The notes beneath the pieces were generated by a model, which saw nothing but the letters and a program-made list of their open reading frames with translations, was not told where the DNA came from and did not search any database. Shown piece by piece: positions 58,472-64,000 of a stretch of DNA of 64,000 nt. Origin of the DNA: an uncultured delta proteobacterium (lineage in GTDB: Bacteria > Myxococcota_A > Polyangia > Fen-1088). Numbering within the stretch: position 1 is the first letter of the stretch; each line of letters starts with the position of its first letter. Position numbers and translations under genes: made by a program. The stretch covers positions 384,001 through 448,000 of the forward strand of contig CAWCMR010000013.1 of NCBI GenBank assembly GCA_963796685.1. The letters run 5' to 3'.

Positions 58472-59179
58472 CTAGGAGCCCTCCATGATGGCCAGGGCGT
58501 GCTCGGCGGCGTTTTGCTGCGCCTCCTTCTTCGAGCGGCCGAACGCCCGGCCGTACTCCTTGTCGCCGATGAGGATGGCGACCTCGAAGGTCTTGGCGTG
58601 GTCGGGGCCCTGCTCCGACAGTACCGTGTAAAGGGGTGCCATCTGCAGCCTGGCCTGGGCGATCTCCTGCAACCGCGACTTGAAGTCCTTGCTGGCAGCC
58701 GAGGGAACCTCGGCGATGATGGGCAAAAAGAGGCGCTGGGTCACCTCGAAGGCGGCCGAGAATCCGCCGTCGAGGTAGACGGCGCCGATCAGCGCCTCGA
58801 AGGCGTTGGCGAGCAGCGAGCGTTTTTGTCTCCCCCCGGCTTGTTCCTCACCGCGCCCGAGGAAGATCCACTGGCCGAGCGCAAGGGTGTCGGCCACGCG
58901 CGCGAGGCCCGCCTCGTTCACGATGGCGGCGCGAGCCTTGGAGAGGTCGCCTTCGGGCTGCTCGGGGAACCGTTGCATCAGAAGGTCGCTGGTCACCAGG
59001 GCGAGGACGGCGTCACCCAAGAATTCCAGCCGTTCGTTGTCGGTGCGGTCGGTTTCTTGGCTTTCGTTCATCCACGACTTGTGTGTCAGCGCGGCTTCGC
59101 AAAGCGAGGCATCGCGAAAAGTGTAGGCGAGCTTTCCTTCGAGAATGGCGTAAAGAGACGGCTGTGGTGTAGACGGCAT
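58472..59179 (-). CDS. rnc: Ribonuclease III
   Basis: NERLEFLGDAVL; FEALIGAVYLD; dsRBD DFKSRLQE, GRSKKEAQQ. Confidence 0.97.
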   Translation of the reverse strand: MPSTPQPSLYAILEGKLAYTFRDASLCEAALTHKSWMNESQETDRTDNERLEFLGDAVLALVTSDLLMQRFPEQPEGDLSKARAAIVNEAGLARVADTLALGQWIFLGRGEEQAGGRQKRSLLANAFEALIGAVYLDGGFSAAFEVTQRLFLPIIAEVPSAASKDFKSRLQEIAQARLQMAPLYTVLSEQGPDHAKTFEVAILIGDKEYGRAFGRSKKEAQQNAAEHALAIMEGS

Positions 59180-59196
59180 GGAACGGTGATGAAACA

Positions 59197-60506
59197 ATGA
59201 TAGCCGAAGCCATGGACGGGGCCAGTTTGAGCACTTTTCGTCTTCTGCAAAGATCCCTGGTCATCGTTGCGCTCTTCCTTGGCCAGGGCGTGCGCTGGCT
59301 GGTGGGCTGGCTGTTTCTGCTGCTGACCTTTTCGGGACCGGCGCGTCGCAAGGAATGGTTTGGCCAGTGTCTGCTCGATCTCTTTCGCCATCTCGGCGCC
59401 ACATTCATCAAGGTCGGACAGATCATGAGCACGCGGCCCGACCTCGTGCCCGAGCACATCACGCACGCCCTCGCCCACCTGCAGGACGACGTGGGGCCTT
59501 TCCCGTTCGAGGCCGTCGCGCGAACCATCGCAGAGGATCTGGGCCGCCCCATCGAACGGATCTTCGCCGAGTTCTCGCCCCACCCCATCGCCTCGGCCTC
59601 CGTGGCCCAGGTTCACAAGGCGCGCTTGCTCGATGGCCGCGTGGTGGCCGTCAAGGTGCGGAGACCCGACGTCTTGGAGCTCTGCTCTTTCGACCTGGCG
59701 GTCATGCGCAAGGTAGCCCGCCTGCTGGGCAAGATCCCCTCGCTGGCCTCGGTGGGGCCGGAATCGACGGTCGACCAGTTCGGGCGCGCCATCTACGCCC
59801 AGCTCGATTTTCGCGTGGAGGCCAGCAACAATCGCCGCTTTCGCCACAACTTCCGCAACGAGCCCGATGTGGTCTTTCCCGAGATCTTCGAGGAATACTG
59901 TTCCGAGCGCATCCTGTGTATGACCCACATCGAGGGCATCAAGATCCTGGACGCGCGCAAGGGCCCAAGCGACCCCAAGCGTATCGCTCGCCTCGGCCTG
60001 CGCGCCCTGATGAAGATGATCTTCGAGGACGGCTTCGTACACGCGGATCTGCACCCGGGCAATATCTTCGTTCTCGAGGGCAACCGTATCGCCATCGTCG
60101 ACCTGGGGCTGGTCGGCGAGCTCGATCCGCCCCACCGTGCGATCTTTTCGCGCTTTTTCGCCGCGTGGGCCAAGCGCGACGCCGACACCATGGCGCACCT
60201 GCTCTACTCGGTGGCCGTCAACCCCATCGAGGGCGGCGAGGCGTTCGAGCGCTTTCGCGTCGCCGTGGTGGAATTCATGGCACGGACCTGGGGCCAGCGT
60301 ATGTCCGAGGTTCACCCGGGCAAGCTCCTGCTCGACATGCTCGGCCTGCTCCGTCGCCATCGCATTCGCATGGCGCCCGCCTTCACCATCGTCAACATTG
60401 CCATCGCCGTGACCGAGGGCATCGGCCGCCAGCTCGATCCCGACCTCGACCTCATGGCCGAGGCCATCCCCTTTTTCATGGCCCACCCCGCCCTGTTCCA
60501 GGCCAG

Positions 60507-60510
<4 letters not shown>
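59197..60510 (+). CDS. AarF/UbiB (ABC1) family kinase
   Basis: LGATFIKVGQIMSTRPD; ASASVAQVHKA; VAVKV; HADLHPGN. Confidence 0.93.
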
Positions 60511-61850
<1,340 letters not shown>

Positions 61851-61888
61851 AGTTCTAAAGAAAGCCCGGACCGGCCGGCGTCAAGGGT

Positions 61889-62104
61889 CTAGCCTCGGTA
61901 GACGACGATTCCGCGCGTCGGATCGTAAGGCGTCAAGGCCACCGTGACCTTGTCGCCGAGAACGATGCGAATGCGGTGCTTACGTAGCTTGCCCCCGAGG
62001 TGCGCCAGCACTTGATGACCGTTTTCGAGCTCGATGCGAAAGTTGCCTGCGGGCAACACTTCGATCACGCGGCCTTGAAACTCTATGTGTTCTTCACGAC
62101 CCAT
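61889..62104 (-). CDS. infA: Translation initiation factor IF-1
   Basis: [40 protein letters not shown]. Confidence 0.96.
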   Translation of the reverse strand: MGREEHIEFQGRVIEVLPAGNFRIELENGHQVLAHLGGKLRKHRIRIVLGDKVTVALTPYDPTRGIVVYRG

Positions 62105-62190
62105 CGGGGAGGCCAGAGGCTACTCGCTCACCCGTCGCTGGTCAAATCGAGAATTCAGTCTTTTGGGCTGCTGATACACTGGATTGTACC

Positions 62191-63360
62191 TTGTCCCGCC
62201 CGACCCCCATAGGCCTGCCAGCACAGGCCCTGCGCTACATCGAGGAGCCGGAAACCCTTTTGTGCAACAACACGGTCCGGCTCCTGTGCAATGGCAGCGA
62301 GGCGTTTCCGGCCTGGTTGGCGGCCATCGATGCTGCCCAGATTAGGGTCTCGCTGGAGATGTACATCTTCAACGACGACAGGATAGGCCGGCGCTTCGCG
62401 GACGCCCTTGCCCAGACCGCACGGCGCGGGGTCGAGGTTCGCCTTCTCTACGACTCCGTTGGCTGCCGCCACGCCGCGACCGCCTTTTTCGAGAGCATGC
62501 GCGAGGCCGGGGTGCTGGCCGTGCCCTATCATCCCTACCGCTTCTGGCGTCCCCATTTCTGGACCCTCATCCGCCGCAACCATCGCAAGACCCTGGTCTG
62601 TGATGGAGCCGTGGCATTCACCGGGGGCATCAACATCTCGGACATGTGGTTGTCCAAGGAGGAGGGAGGAGGCGGATGGCACGACGCCGCGGTCGAAGTG
62701 CGCGGACCCGCCGTGGCGACCATCGAGGCGGTCTTCCTGCGCACCTGGAACTGGCGCGCCAAACGCCGCTTGCGGTTGTCCGCGAGGCGCCTTGGCCGGC
62801 CAGCCCCGGCCGGCCAGGTGCCTCTTGCGATCATCTCGAATCGGGAGGTCGTCGACCGTTTCGCCATCCGGCGCGCCGCCCTGCATGCGATCCGCGCCAG
62901 CCTCAGCCGGGTCTACCTCGCCAGCCCGTACTTCGTGCCAGACCTCGGGTTCCTGCGCGGCCTGGCCCACGCAGCCAGACGGGGCATCGACGTGCGCATC
63001 CTGGTGCCCAAGCACAGCGACACCCAATCCGTGGATCTCGCCTCCCGGGCAACCTTCAGCCGCCTCTTGCCGGCCGGGGTGCGCATCTTCGAGCACCATC
63101 CCATGGTGCACACCAAGGCCCTGCTGGTGGACGATGGATTCGTCTCGCTCGGCAGCTACAACATCGACCATCGCTCGCTGGTCTACAACCTCGAGCTGGT
63201 CGTGAACGCGCTCGGACGCGAGCACAACGCCCAGGTCGCGGCCATGCTGGAGGCGGACATGGCCTCGAGCCAGGAAATCCACTGGGCCTCTTTTCGCAAG
63301 CGCTCGCTGCTCTCGCGCATTCTCCAACGCCTGGCCTACTGCTTTCGCCACTGGTTCTAG
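62191..63360 (+). CDS. Cardiolipin synthase (ClsB-like phospholipase D)
   Basis: Two HKD motifs, HRKTLVCD and HTKALLVD. Confidence 0.92.
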   Translation: MSRPTPIGLPAQALRYIEEPETLLCNNTVRLLCNGSEAFPAWLAAIDAAQIRVSLEMYIFNDDRIGRRFADALAQTARRGVEVRLLYDSVGCRHAATAFFESMREAGVLAVPYHPYRFWRPHFWTLIRRNHRKTLVCDGAVAFTGGINISDMWLSKEEGGGGWHDAAVEVRGPAVATIEAVFLRTWNWRAKRRLRLSARRLGRPAPAGQVPLAIISNREVVDRFAIRRAALHAIRASLSRVYLASPYFVPDLGFLRGLAHAARRGIDVRILVPKHSDTQSVDLASRATFSRLLPAGVRIFEHHPMVHTKALLVDDGFVSLGSYNIDHRSLVYNLELVVNALGREHNAQVAAMLEADMASSQEIHWASFRKRSLLSRILQRLAYCFRHWF

Positions 63361-63395
63361 GCGGCGCTCCAGCGCTCGGTCTTAGACTTCAAGTG

Positions 63396-64000
63396 TTACT
63401 TGAACTCGGCGATGACAGGTGCATGATCAGACGGATCCTTTCCTTTGCGGGCATTTCGGTCGATCGCCACGTGGACAAGGCGGGTTGCCAACGCGGGCGT
63501 GCATAGAATCATGTCGATGCGAAGCCCGCAGTTCCTGGGAAAACTGAGCTGGCGATAGTCCCACCAGCTGTAGACGCCCGCCTCGGGATGGTGCAGGCGG
63601 AACGCGTCTACCAAGCCGAAACGGCACACTTCGGACAACGCAGCTCGTTCGTCGGGGTGACACAGCACCTGATCCTTCCAGCCTTCCGGATCGTAGACGT
63701 CCCGGTCTTCGGGCGCCACATTCAAGTCCCCGCAGAGCGCCATTTCGGCGCCCCGATCGGCGTGCTCGTCGAGCCACTTGCGCCAGCGCGCAAGCCAATC
63801 GAGCTTGTAACGAAACTTTTCCGATCCGACCGCCTGGCCATTGGGCACATACACGGAACCGACCCTGACATGGCCAACGTCTGCCACGAGAAAGCGCGCC
63901 TGCGGATCCTGCGCGGCGTCCCCGAACCCTCGCACCGGGTCGCGGGCCGGCTCGCGCGTCAGAAGCGCCACGCCATTGTAGGTTTTCTGCCCGTGGCAAA
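63396..64000 (-). CDS. xth: Exodeoxyribonuclease III, 5' part outside the window
   Basis: GQKTYNGVA; YVPNG; GDLNVAP; YSWWDYR; GLRID; SDHAPV. Confidence 0.94.
   Translation of the reverse strand, partial: CHGQKTYNGVALLTREPARDPVRGFGDAAQDPQARFLVADVGHVRVGSVYVPNGQAVGSEKFRYKLDWLARWRKWLDEHADRGAEMALCGDLNVAPEDRDVYDPEGWKDQVLCHPDERAALSEVCRFGLVDAFRLHHPEAGVYSWWDYRQLSFPRNCGLRIDMILCTPALATRLVHVAIDRNARKGKDPSDHAPVIAEFK

Overview
GC-rich bacterial chromosome segment whose gene content (several Ser/Thr kinases, an FHA-GAF-sigma54 activator, a myxobacterial Cys-rich repeat lipoprotein) suggests Myxococcota/Polyangia; the taxonomy is inference. Bases 1-9754 are the visible part of a capsid-less, phage-satellite-like (PICI-like) integrative element: tyrosine integrase running off the left edge, RHH regulator, TerS-like protein, P4-type primase-helicase with inverted iterons, excisionase-like HTH, XRE regulator and two cargo lipoproteins. 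It has inserted exactly at the anticodon loop of tRNA-Arg(CCU), leaving only the 5' half of the tRNA on the host side. A dif-like XerCD site lies at 17374-17401, with a solo IS1202-family-like end 5 bp from its XerC arm and KOPS-like octamers apparently converging on it, so the window probably spans the replication terminus. A ~5 kb accessory island (ABC/AAA ATPase + DUF4276/TOPRIM-like pair, membrane protein, beta-propeller lipoprotein, TPR protein) is bracketed by two copies of a ~200 bp MITE-like repeat. The rest is core or signalling genes (fcl, gmd, tmk, relA/spoT, gmk, yicC, polA, acyl-CoA ligase, DEAD-box helicase, CCA-adding enzyme, rnc, ubiB-like, degP-like, infA, cls, xth). Four genes, including polA, each carry one extra base, most likely sequencing or assembly errors. 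No CRISPR array or rRNA was seen.
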